From the IMG/VR virus record IMGVR_UViG_3300022220_000001, positions 1 to 60,954 of that record: a stretch of 60,954 nucleotides of DNA; one strand, written 5' to 3'. The DNA comes from a virus (lineage: Duplodnaviria > Caudoviricetes). Of the stretch, positions 46,470 through 54,460 are shown piece by piece. How positions within the stretch are numbered: the stretch's first letter is position 1; each line of letters begins with the position of its first letter. The translations under genes and the position numbers were made by a program. Under the pieces are notes generated by a model. It saw nothing but the letters and a program-made list of their open reading frames with translations. It was not told the origin of the DNA and ran no database searches.

Positions 46470-47209
46470 AAGAACTAAGAGCAGGATTTTTTGCTGGAGA
46501 ATTTGGGTGGGAACTTATGCGATGGCAAGCAAATATAGGGTATATCGCGAATGATTATGATAAAGTAATCATAGGATGTGAGATGTCACATAGGTTTTTG
46601 TATAAAGATTTTGCTACTGAATTTGTGGATTTTCCGCTTGAAATTAAGTCAAGAAACATGTGGTACACAAACGGACGTGTATACCCAATGAGTAATGATA
46701 ATTGTATAATTCCTTCCAGAAAAATATGTTTATCTGAATATCAGAAATTCATAAAATATGGCAACCGCAAAAAAGAATTGGGTTACGATATATTAATCCA
46801 CGCGCGATATTCTAAAAATATGAATACGGGATATCGTAATTGGTGTCGAGAAAATTGGGTGTCTTTAGTTGAGTTATTAAAAAATTATAATATGGCAAGC
46901 ATAGGCACAAGAGAAGACGCTCTTTGGATACCTGGAACGATAGATAATAGAGACGTGCAACTATCTAAGTTAGCAGATACAATGGCTTCAAGTAAGATGA
47001 TTATTGGCCCTTCTTCTGGCCCAATGCATCTTGCCTCTCTGTGTGGTCTAAAGCATATAGTATGGAGTGATAAAAAAACGGTAGGTATTATGAATAACGA
47101 AAAACGTTATAAGGATATTTGGAATCCTTTTGGAACGGAGTGTAAGTTTATACCGACTTGGCAGCCAGGAATTAGCCAAGTTGAAAGGGAAGTTATAAAA
47201 TGGCTATAG
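46466..47209 (+). CDS. GT9 (heptosyltransferase-like) glycosyltransferase
   Basis: GEFGWE, RNW...W..L and IGPSSGPMHLASLCG motifs. Confidence 0.75.
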   Translation: MKELRAGFFAGEFGWELMRWQANIGYIANDYDKVIIGCEMSHRFLYKDFATEFVDFPLEIKSRNMWYTNGRVYPMSNDNCIIPSRKICLSEYQKFIKYGNRKKELGYDILIHARYSKNMNTGYRNWCRENWVSLVELLKNYNMASIGTREDALWIPGTIDNRDVQLSKLADTMASSKMIIGPSSGPMHLASLCGLKHIVWSDKKTVGIMNNEKRYKDIWNPFGTECKFIPTWQPGISQVEREVIKWL

Positions 47210-47409
47210 TGCAAGAAATTGATAATATCATATCTCAATGTGATAAAAAGCCAAATAAGTTAAAACTTGGTTTAAATAAATACATTGAATTTAAAAATGG
47301 CTTATCAAAGATAGAATATAAAAAGTATGTTTTCAGGTATACAGAGAGTTATTCAGAAATAGAGATATTCATAGATTATATCGATAAGGAAAAAGTTGAG
47401 GTAACATAG
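47200..47409 (+). CDS. Hypothetical protein
   Basis: 69 aa, coupled to its neighbours. Confidence 0.45.
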   Translation: MAIVQEIDNIISQCDKKPNKLKLGLNKYIEFKNGLSKIEYKKYVFRYTESYSEIEIFIDYIDKEKVEVT

Positions 47410-48191
47410 TGTCAATCCCAATTTTCATAACAACTAGTGATCCAGAGTTAAAACAGTTTAACGATAAGCGGTATTTGTATTTTGTTAAATCTATTAATAG
47501 CCTTGAAAAAACGAACGCGGATCTTACAGATCTGCATATTTTTGATGATCATTCAATACATGTGCCAAAATTACAATTCTTACTGAGCAAATCATGGCAG
47601 TACCATATAAAATACCGGCATGAAAATCTTGGCCCAACGTTGAACACAATATACGCGATTGATTACATGTGTAATGAATATTCTCACTCTAAATATATTG
47701 TGTTTTTACAAGATGATGTTATTTTCTCAAAAAACTGGCTGGAAAAAGGAATAAAGATATTTGAAAACATTGATAGTGATATTGAGAAGATGGAAGGGCC
47801 GTATTTTGGGAATGTGATATGCTCAACTATTCAAAGAATTGGCATTCTGTGCCTCTATAACCGAATTGGTGCTTCAAACGAAAAATATTACCTTATGCCT
47901 ACGGGCCATCCTGGAGGTGTTGCCTGGATAATCAAAACTGAATTCTGGAGACGGTATGTAGAAAGATATAGCATAAATGACCAAATGGACACCATGGTTC
48001 CAAAGAACGAGAGAACGGAAAAAAGAGTACGTAACCTGGTAGACTATAAAATATGTGAGAGATCTCATATGATAGGTTGGGATGTTGGGAAGACCGGACA
48101 GAGTTTAGTGCAGCACATAGGTGATCAGAGCAGTCTAGGAAAGCGTGACATGACACAGCATAGAAGTAAGAACTTTATTGGAGAAAACTAA
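47409..48191 (+). CDS. GT-A glycosyltransferase (GT2-like)
   Basis: IFDDHS, NLG, VFLQDDVIF..NWL and SLVQHIG..S motifs. Confidence 0.8.
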   Translation: MSIPIFITTSDPELKQFNDKRYLYFVKSINSLEKTNADLTDLHIFDDHSIHVPKLQFLLSKSWQYHIKYRHENLGPTLNTIYAIDYMCNEYSHSKYIVFLQDDVIFSKNWLEKGIKIFENIDSDIEKMEGPYFGNVICSTIQRIGILCLYNRIGASNEKYYLMPTGHPGGVAWIIKTEFWRRYVERYSINDQMDTMVPKNERTEKRVRNLVDYKICERSHMIGWDVGKTGQSLVQHIGDQSSLGKRDMTQHRSKNFIGEN

Positions 48192-48236
48192 CCAATAAGG
48201 TTATATTAATAATATAAACTAAACATAGGAGGACTT

Positions 48237-48434
48237 ATGTTCAAACAATTATTTGCGGTATTACCATTAGTTTTAGCGGCCATGAACACTGAAAGTGCTA
48301 AAAAAGCAATTGACGCAATGCTGGATGTACTAGAGGATCAAATCAAAAAATCTGACACAAAGTGGGATGATATTGTTATTGGCAATGCAATTAAGGTTTG
48401 CAGAAAAGTTGCTAATATTCCGGATGATGATTAA
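48237..48434 (+). CDS. Small conserved phage protein
   Basis: AGGAGG RBS; LD.LED....SDTKWDD...NIPD motif. Confidence 0.6.
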   Translation: MFKQLFAVLPLVLAAMNTESAKKAIDAMLDVLEDQIKKSDTKWDDIVIGNAIKVCRKVANIPDDD

Positions 48435-48479
48435 TATTATGAGTACAAAAGTGGGTAAATATTGGAGGAATGGGAATAG

Positions 48480-49379
48480 ATGCCAATAGGAAAAGAATAC
48501 CAGACAATAGAACTTCTACAAGAAGAACTATCTGACCTTTCAAACCTCGAAAAGAGTATGAAGGCCGTTGATGGTAGAAATCCTGTCCAAAAAGTAATAG
48601 ATGCATATGCGGTAACACCATCCTTGTATACTGATCCAAAAAAACTAAAGGATATGATTACCGCTCTATCTGTTGCCCTAAAGGGGTATGTTAAAAGCGC
48701 GAATATCAAGGGTAGGCTATTGGCAACAAAATCATTAGAGAGATATTTATCTGACTCAGAAAAACGGGACATTACTCAACGGCAACTCAGATTGATTAGC
48801 CAGGCGAGCGAGAGACAGGCACAGAGAAGATTATCAGTATCGCTTATGGAGCTACAAAAAGAGCACGGTGTATTAAAAGCTGATATAGCGATATTTAAGG
48901 CGAGGCAAAAGATTGCGGGTTTCAGTGATAAAGAAGCGTTAAAGCAACTTATTATTGCCGGTAAAGATCGTAATGGCATAGTACAGGGATTTGCGAATAG
49001 AATAAAAACAATAAATGTTGCTGCAATGAGAAGAGAAAGGTCGGCTGCTAAAATAACGGAGTACAAAAAACAGGCAAAACCTAAAGAACAATGGCAATGG
49101 ATTACTATATCAAGCAAACCTTGTCCAGATTGTGAGGCAAGAGCTGGAAAAGCTATGTTGTTAAGCCAGTGGGAAAGAATAGGATTGCCAGGATCAGGTA
49201 GGACTATTTGTGGTGCTTATTGCAAGTGTGATTTAATTCCATATTCGGTTGCAGAAGATCTCTTTCCTACTGTAAAAGTATTTGATTGGGATGAGAAAAA
49301 ACAAGTACTCACAACAGCGTCAGAAGCGAGGCAGTTAAGAGCAAAATCACATCAACCTATACAAAAAACGAAGAAATGA
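48480..49379 (+). CDS. Head morphogenesis protein (Mu gpF / SPP1 gp7-like)
   Basis: C-terminal W.W...CPDC..R.G...W...GLPG....CG..CKC.L motif; GGAGG RBS. Confidence 0.7.
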   Translation: MPIGKEYQTIELLQEELSDLSNLEKSMKAVDGRNPVQKVIDAYAVTPSLYTDPKKLKDMITALSVALKGYVKSANIKGRLLATKSLERYLSDSEKRDITQRQLRLISQASERQAQRRLSVSLMELQKEHGVLKADIAIFKARQKIAGFSDKEALKQLIIAGKDRNGIVQGFANRIKTINVAAMRRERSAAKITEYKKQAKPKEQWQWITISSKPCPDCEARAGKAMLLSQWERIGLPGSGRTICGAYCKCDLIPYSVAEDLFPTVKVFDWDEKKQVLTTASEARQLRAKSHQPIQKTKK

Positions 49380-49548
49380 AAGGAAGCTAAGCTTGAACGA
49401 AAAAAAAGAATTTGAAAAAGAACAAAGTAAACCAAAAATTACGCAAAAGGAACCCGAAGACAAAGTGTTGTTTCCAAAGGGAAAATTTAAAAAACCATTT
49501 GGAATAATGAACGATAGAGAGAAAAAAATAAAAAGAATATAATAATTG

Positions 49549-49580
49549 TTGACTTTTTACAGAAATATATATATTATAAT
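49549..49580 (+). promoter_or_regulatory. Putative late promoter
   Basis: TTGACT followed by TATTAT at 17 nt (TATAAT at 20 nt). Confidence 0.6.
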
Positions 49581-49594
49581 AGTAATAGGTGAAT

Positions 49595-49756
49595 ATGGCA
49601 GCTTTAAAGGACAAGTTGGAAAAAGTTGAGTATATTAACAACAAAAACATTGATTTGGTCCACAGAAACTTTACAGGGAAAAGGACTGTACACTGGAAAG
49701 ATGGTGAACCAATGGAAGAGGAAGAGAACAGGAAAAGTAAAATAAGATTAGACTAA
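49595..49756 (+). CDS. Small protein resembling DUF2292/YezD-like (53 aa)
   Basis: AGGTGA RBS; NFTGKRTVHWKDGEP motif; below the ORF-track cutoff. Confidence 0.45.
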   Translation: MAALKDKLEKVEYINNKNIDLVHRNFTGKRTVHWKDGEPMEEEENRKSKIRLD

Positions 49757-49785
49757 ATACATAATATATAAATCTGGTATCTAAT

Positions 49786-49849
49786 AAAAAAGACCCAGTA
49801 TCGTTTTTTCGCAAAGGATAGTGAAAAATCAATACTGGGTCTTTTTTTT
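49786..49849 (+). terminator. Long hairpin / intrinsic terminator upstream of the scaffold-capsid genes
   Basis: 16-bp perfect stem AAAAAAGACCCAGTAT / ATACTGGGTCTTTTTT ending in T8, with an inner TTTTCGC/GTGAAAA stem. Confidence 0.75.
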
Positions 49850-49911
49850 GTATAGCTCAAAGGAACGAGCAAAACTATTATAAGGGAACTTAATAGAGGA
49901 GTTTTGATAAG

Positions 49912-50703
49912 ATGTCGCTTGATAAAGCAATAAAAGATGCGTTGAAGGATGTGAAGGTCGGTGATAGTACTGCTATATCTATTGTTGAAGCAGCGTTTGA
50001 TAAAGCAGAGGCAAAAGATAAGGTACAAAAGGCAAACGAGGAATTGACTGCTCAAAGGAAAGAGTGGGAAGTTAAAGAAAAAGAATACAAGAGTAAGAAC
50101 GCTGAACTTGAAAGTAAAGTCCAAAAATTTGAGAAATCAGATAAGGAAAAAACGGAAAAGATTAGTGTCCTTGAAAAAGAAAAACTTACTCCAGAAGAAA
50201 GAGAAAAACTAAAAGCCTCAGAAGCATTAAAAGCCGATATGAATCAAATAATTGAAGAAGTAAAAGCCCTAAAAGAGGACAATGAGACACAAAAAAACAA
50301 AAGGATTGAAGCCGAAAAAGCATCGAGAGTTGCAATTTTAAATGAGAGAAAACAGGCGCAAAAAACAGCTATTTCAACAGAGTTGAGTAAGCACAAAATA
50401 ATTGACGGTAAAAACGCACAAGCCATGCATGTATTGTTTGGTGACGGGTGGGCAAAGCTGGAAGTAAATGACGATGGCACAACTGAAGAAAAGTATTACA
50501 CTAAGAACAGCGAAGGCGAATTAGTGACATCGACTTTAGCAAAGACTATTGCAAATTTTGCCGAAAACAACAAATTTTATGTAGCACCTAGCGGAAATAT
50601 AGGAACTGGACAGAATCATAATAGATTTGAGCAGGGTTCTGGTGGTAAGTTTGAAACTTACAAAGACGAAAAGTCTTATATGGAAGCCGGGTGGGACGAA
50701 TAA
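49912..50703 (+). CDS. Capsid scaffolding protein
   Basis: Glu/Lys coiled coil with a Gly-rich C-terminus, directly before the capsid gene. Confidence 0.75.
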   Translation: MSLDKAIKDALKDVKVGDSTAISIVEAAFDKAEAKDKVQKANEELTAQRKEWEVKEKEYKSKNAELESKVQKFEKSDKEKTEKISVLEKEKLTPEEREKLKASEALKADMNQIIEEVKALKEDNETQKNKRIEAEKASRVAILNERKQAQKTAISTELSKHKIIDGKNAQAMHVLFGDGWAKLEVNDDGTTEEKYYTKNSEGELVTSTLAKTIANFAENNKFYVAPSGNIGTGQNHNRFEQGSGGKFETYKDEKSYMEAGWDE

Positions 50704-50724
50704 AACAAAACAGGAGCTTTACGT

Positions 50725-51666
50725 ATGGCAGATATAAATTTAATTGATGTCGCTAAGAGCATGCCAAAAGGCAAAGAGCGTTCGGCAGTGTATACATACG
50801 CTGACGCAACACATGTAACTGCAAGAATGCCAATGGAAATGTCTGGGCCGGTAAAAAGTTGGAAAATTGTTAATGATCTCCCTTACACTACTACAGCAAC
50901 AGCAACACGTAGTATATATGGTGAGTTCACAGCAACAAAGGCGTTAGAACAGCCTTTCAACAGTAATGAAAAATTGTATGGTGGCAGGGTGCAGTATGAC
51001 CGATACTTAAAACGGATCAACCCAGCATCAACGGTTGCGTCACAACAGAAATCACAAGTGAAAGGCTTTGCACATCAGTTTACGAAAGATGTGTTTGAGG
51101 GCGCTGGAGGAGTAGGTATTTATGGTATACAATATATGATAGATAACATAGACATTTACAAATCTCAAATTAGATACGCAGGTGATGAAACTGGTAACGC
51201 GAGTACTGGTGGAACTTTAACCCAGAATGACCTTGATGTCGCACTATCAATACATAATAAAATACCTGGCTCGACATACATCTACTGTACGAGGACAGTA
51301 GACCTGAGGATAAAGGTCATGTCACGAGGTGCTGGAGGTGCAGCAGCTTTTGATTCACAGGCTCTAAGATACAATATGTCTGAGTTTGGAAAGTGGTCAC
51401 ATATGTATGATGACGTACCAGTTGTGCCTCTAGTTGATGGTAAGGGAGATGATCTACTTAGCACAACCTCAAGTATTTCAAATCTATACATAGTGACGTA
51501 CGGAGAAGAAAACTTCACAGGATTCAACTCTAAAGGGCCGGAAGTTATTAACATGAATGGCGTTTCGGTTACTGAGGCGTTTGATTTTGAACATACTGTA
51601 GGTACTGCCGCAATGTCAAAAAGGTGTATTACAATGATAAAATATGTAGCAGAATCTTTATCATAA
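50725..51666 (+). CDS. Major capsid protein (HK97 fold)
   Basis: 313 aa after the scaffold; AGGAG RBS; GG.V..DR, F.G and GGTLT..DLD patterns. Confidence 0.8.
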   Translation: MADINLIDVAKSMPKGKERSAVYTYADATHVTARMPMEMSGPVKSWKIVNDLPYTTTATATRSIYGEFTATKALEQPFNSNEKLYGGRVQYDRYLKRINPASTVASQQKSQVKGFAHQFTKDVFEGAGGVGIYGIQYMIDNIDIYKSQIRYAGDETGNASTGGTLTQNDLDVALSIHNKIPGSTYIYCTRTVDLRIKVMSRGAGGAAAFDSQALRYNMSEFGKWSHMYDDVPVVPLVDGKGDDLLSTTSSISNLYIVTYGEENFTGFNSKGPEVINMNGVSVTEAFDFEHTVGTAAMSKRCITMIKYVAESLS

Positions 51667-51681
51667 AGAAAGGGTGTAATA

Positions 51682-52110
51682 GTGAGTGAAAATGCGTTTA
51701 CGATGGATGAACCGGCAATTAATTTAGAACACGAGGCAAGCCAAAAGCTGGGACAACCTGTTGTGCCAAAAAAGAAGGTTATAAAAACTACCGCAAAACC
51801 ACAAAAGACGAAAATTGTAGAAAAGGCAATTGTGGAGAGTGTAGAGCCAAAATATGATAAGTTGTTGAGCCAGATTGAAGAATTAACCAATTACGTTAAG
51901 GTTTTATCAGAAGAGGTTAAAAATATAAATAAAAGGATAGGCCAAACACAAGGAATAACAACGGATGAATACTTTGGTGCGAATAATACTATAACTATTG
52001 GCGGGAAAACTCCATATGTAAACGAAGTCGAGGGTGACGCACTAGCTATTTTACAAGAGAGAAATAGAAAAATTGAAGACACTAATTTACGAAAAACGAT
52101 AACACTATAA
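51682..52110 (+). CDS. Hypothetical head-module protein
   Basis: Position after the capsid gene; short coiled coil. Confidence 0.5.
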   Translation: MSENAFTMDEPAINLEHEASQKLGQPVVPKKKVIKTTAKPQKTKIVEKAIVESVEPKYDKLLSQIEELTNYVKVLSEEVKNINKRIGQTQGITTDEYFGANNTITIGGKTPYVNEVEGDALAILQERNRKIEDTNLRKTITL

Positions 52111-52122
52111 AGGAGATAAAAT

Positions 52123-52551
52123 ATGGCTTGGATACCATCTAATGATTTTAACACTCCGTGGGATGGGGTTGATGGAACAGCTTTACAGGCATCAACAACT
52201 ATTACGTCTAGTACTAATAGTACAGGTGTGGAGGTTGGAAAGGGAATATTTGTAGTAAAAATAGCTGTAACTGCAATCCACCAGGAGAGTGGTTTTGACA
52301 ATGTGATGTTTTGGATTGAATCTAACACAAAAGGCGCAACTACAACCTGGGAACAGTGTGCTTGTCTTGCAATAGGTGATGCTACCGGTGTTGGTGTAGC
52401 TCTTGGAACAACTGGTGTTGGGACCTATCCCGTTGCAGTGATAAACCCTAATGATAATCAAATACGTCTAAATGTTGATGTCCTTGGTTCAACTGATAGC
52501 GTAACATATAGTGCTACTATATATCCTATTAGGAGCATGGGAGCAGCCTAA
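52123..52551 (+). CDS. Putative capsid decoration/cement protein
   Basis: 142 aa beta-rich, Thr/Gly-rich jelly-roll-like protein; AGGAG RBS; followed by a terminator. Confidence 0.55.
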   Translation: MAWIPSNDFNTPWDGVDGTALQASTTITSSTNSTGVEVGKGIFVVKIAVTAIHQESGFDNVMFWIESNTKGATTTWEQCACLAIGDATGVGVALGTTGVGTYPVAVINPNDNQIRLNVDVLGSTDSVTYSATIYPIRSMGAA

Positions 52552-52587
52552 ATAAAAATATATATTAACATTTTTTTGGTAAACAAT

Positions 52588-52623
52588 AAAAAGTCCCAAC
52601 TTAACAAATTGGGACTTTTTTTT
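52588..52623 (+). terminator. Rho-independent terminator
   Basis: AAAAAGTCCCAA / TTGGGACTTTTT stem with a T-tract. Confidence 0.85.
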
Positions 52624-52634
52624 AGGAAAACAAA

Positions 52635-53255
52635 ATGCCGATAATACCCGAAAGCCTTTTAGAAAATGAGTTGTACGACAGTGCCGAAAACACCAATAAT
52701 TATTTAACTACAGCAGTAAATAGGGCGACTGGTTTTGTAAACACGTGGACATCTAATAAATACGACCCGTGGGACAACTACGATACCAGCAATAACACTG
52801 TCAGAGCACCTAGTGAAATAGTTTCATATACGATAAATATTGCTAAATTAGAGTTTGGTAGGATTAATGGCGTTGTTTCCCGCGACGAGGACGGAAATGA
52901 TCTGTATGAGGAGTCTATAAAGAATTATCAAGATGAGTTAAGTACTATAAATGTAACTCCTCTATTTCAAACCCAAACAGTTTCTTTGGACGCAAATGGA
53001 TGTATGGTAATAGGTAGTAGGACAACAACGTCTGGTATATGGACTAGAGTCTTACCCAAAAATGCCCATATAGAAAGTGCTGGCAGTAGTGTTTATGTTG
53101 TGGTTGATGATTTTTGGATTACTAAGGGTGGGGACTATGACAATGAATACCCTGATGCTTGGTATCTTCGGACAACTACCGGATCTAATGTTGAGGGTAC
53201 GCTCAGCTACATGAGGACTTTTCGAAAAGACATGAGAGACTATTTGACTTACTAA
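52635..53255 (+). CDS. Head-tail adaptor-like protein
   Basis: A...A...VN.W...Y...P..I.....IA pattern in the neck position, with a C-terminal extension. Confidence 0.55.
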   Translation: MPIIPESLLENELYDSAENTNNYLTTAVNRATGFVNTWTSNKYDPWDNYDTSNNTVRAPSEIVSYTINIAKLEFGRINGVVSRDEDGNDLYEESIKNYQDELSTINVTPLFQTQTVSLDANGCMVIGSRTTTSGIWTRVLPKNAHIESAGSSVYVVVDDFWITKGGDYDNEYPDAWYLRTTTGSNVEGTLSYMRTFRKDMRDYLTY

Positions 53256-53256
53256 C

Positions 53257-53676
53257 ATGGGTAGAAAAAACTATATAGAAAATAGTGCGACAGGAAGCAC
53301 AATACAAAAAGATACCAGGGAATTAAATGTAGAGAGGGAAAGTAGAATATTTTACATTCAAAAAGAATCAAGAAAAAGCTTAGTATCTGAAGACAATAGG
53401 CAGAGTGTGGTAGAAGGCGAAAAAAGATCGTTAAAAATTGAATCAGAGTTAAGATCGTTTAAAGTAGAAGGCGAAAACAGAAGCTTATTCATAGAAAACG
53501 AAAACAGAGCATTAATAATAGAAGATGAGAAAAGAGAGTTATACATTGAACGGCATGAAAGAGGTTATGATAGTAGGGACTATCAAAAAATGATTGATAT
53601 ACCGTCAGATGGAGAATCGTGGGAGTTAATAGTTGATGAAAACAACACTGTAAATAAATACCATAGGATAATATAA
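53257..53676 (+). CDS. Virion protein with 9-aa (V/I)ExExR repeats
   Basis: About ten tandem 9-residue repeats; C-terminal motif shared with 3874-4455. Confidence 0.55.
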   Translation: MGRKNYIENSATGSTIQKDTRELNVERESRIFYIQKESRKSLVSEDNRQSVVEGEKRSLKIESELRSFKVEGENRSLFIENENRALIIEDEKRELYIERHERGYDSRDYQKMIDIPSDGESWELIVDENNTVNKYHRII

Positions 53677-53677
53677 A

Positions 53678-53959
53678 ATGTCAAGATTTATTAAATCAAA
53701 ACGAGCTGGTGAGGTGTTAGATTACGAATTTGATTGGTCAACGAATGGTTGGCTGGAATCATCGGAGGAAATCTCAACGAGCACATGGGTTGCTATAACA
53801 GGTATAACAGTCGAAACGTATTCTAACACAGCAACAACCGCAACGGTATGGGTAAGTGGTGGAACGTCTGGGGAAACATATAAGCTAACTAATACAATAG
53901 TAACGGATAATTCACCACAAAGAACAGGCATAAGAGAGCTTTTTATAAAGATATTATAA
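53678..53959 (+). CDS. Fibre-adaptor-like small virion protein
   Basis: K...EVLDYEFDW...WL...I..STW...TVWVSGG..G..Y..TNTI.T motif, common next to phage fibres. Confidence 0.65.
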   Translation: MSRFIKSKRAGEVLDYEFDWSTNGWLESSEEISTSTWVAITGITVETYSNTATTATVWVSGGTSGETYKLTNTIVTDNSPQRTGIRELFIKIL

Positions 53960-53961
53960 TT

Positions 53962-54459
53962 ATGGCAGATACATTTACAATAGAAATGGAAACGAAAGAG
54001 GTTGAAACCCTTATAGCACGGTTATTGAAGAAAGTAAATAACCCTGGTGAGCTAATGAGGACGTTAGAGCGATGGCTCCATGCACAGACCATGAAGATGT
54101 TTAGAGGGAGAAGGCCGGATAAAGCTGTTATAAGAGGTGTGAAATGGGACCCACTGAAACCATCGACCGTTAAGCAAAAGAAAGCCCTTGTAAAGCGTGG
54201 TAAAGCTATTGTGGCTGATAGGCCAATGGTAAGAACAGGAAAATTGAGAGATAGTTTAAAAGTACTGGAGAGAAGTAAAAAAGGTTTTGAGTACGGAACT
54301 AGGATAAATAACAAAGGGTTTTCGTATGGTGGTCATTGGAATGCAAGTAAATTCCCCTGGCTGTTTTTAAAAAAACAAGACTATGCTCAAATGGCAAAAG
54401 CTACAACTGATTATTTGAGCGGAATATTAAAAAACTATAAGCGTTATACCAGAGGATAG
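53962..54459 (+). CDS. Virion morphogenesis / neck protein (Mu gpG-like)
   Basis: W.PLKPST...K...TG.LRDS...YG motifs. Confidence 0.7.
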   Translation: MADTFTIEMETKEVETLIARLLKKVNNPGELMRTLERWLHAQTMKMFRGRRPDKAVIRGVKWDPLKPSTVKQKKALVKRGKAIVADRPMVRTGKLRDSLKVLERSKKGFEYGTRINNKGFSYGGHWNASKFPWLFLKKQDYAQMAKATTDYLSGILKNYKRYTRG

Positions 54460-54460
54460 T

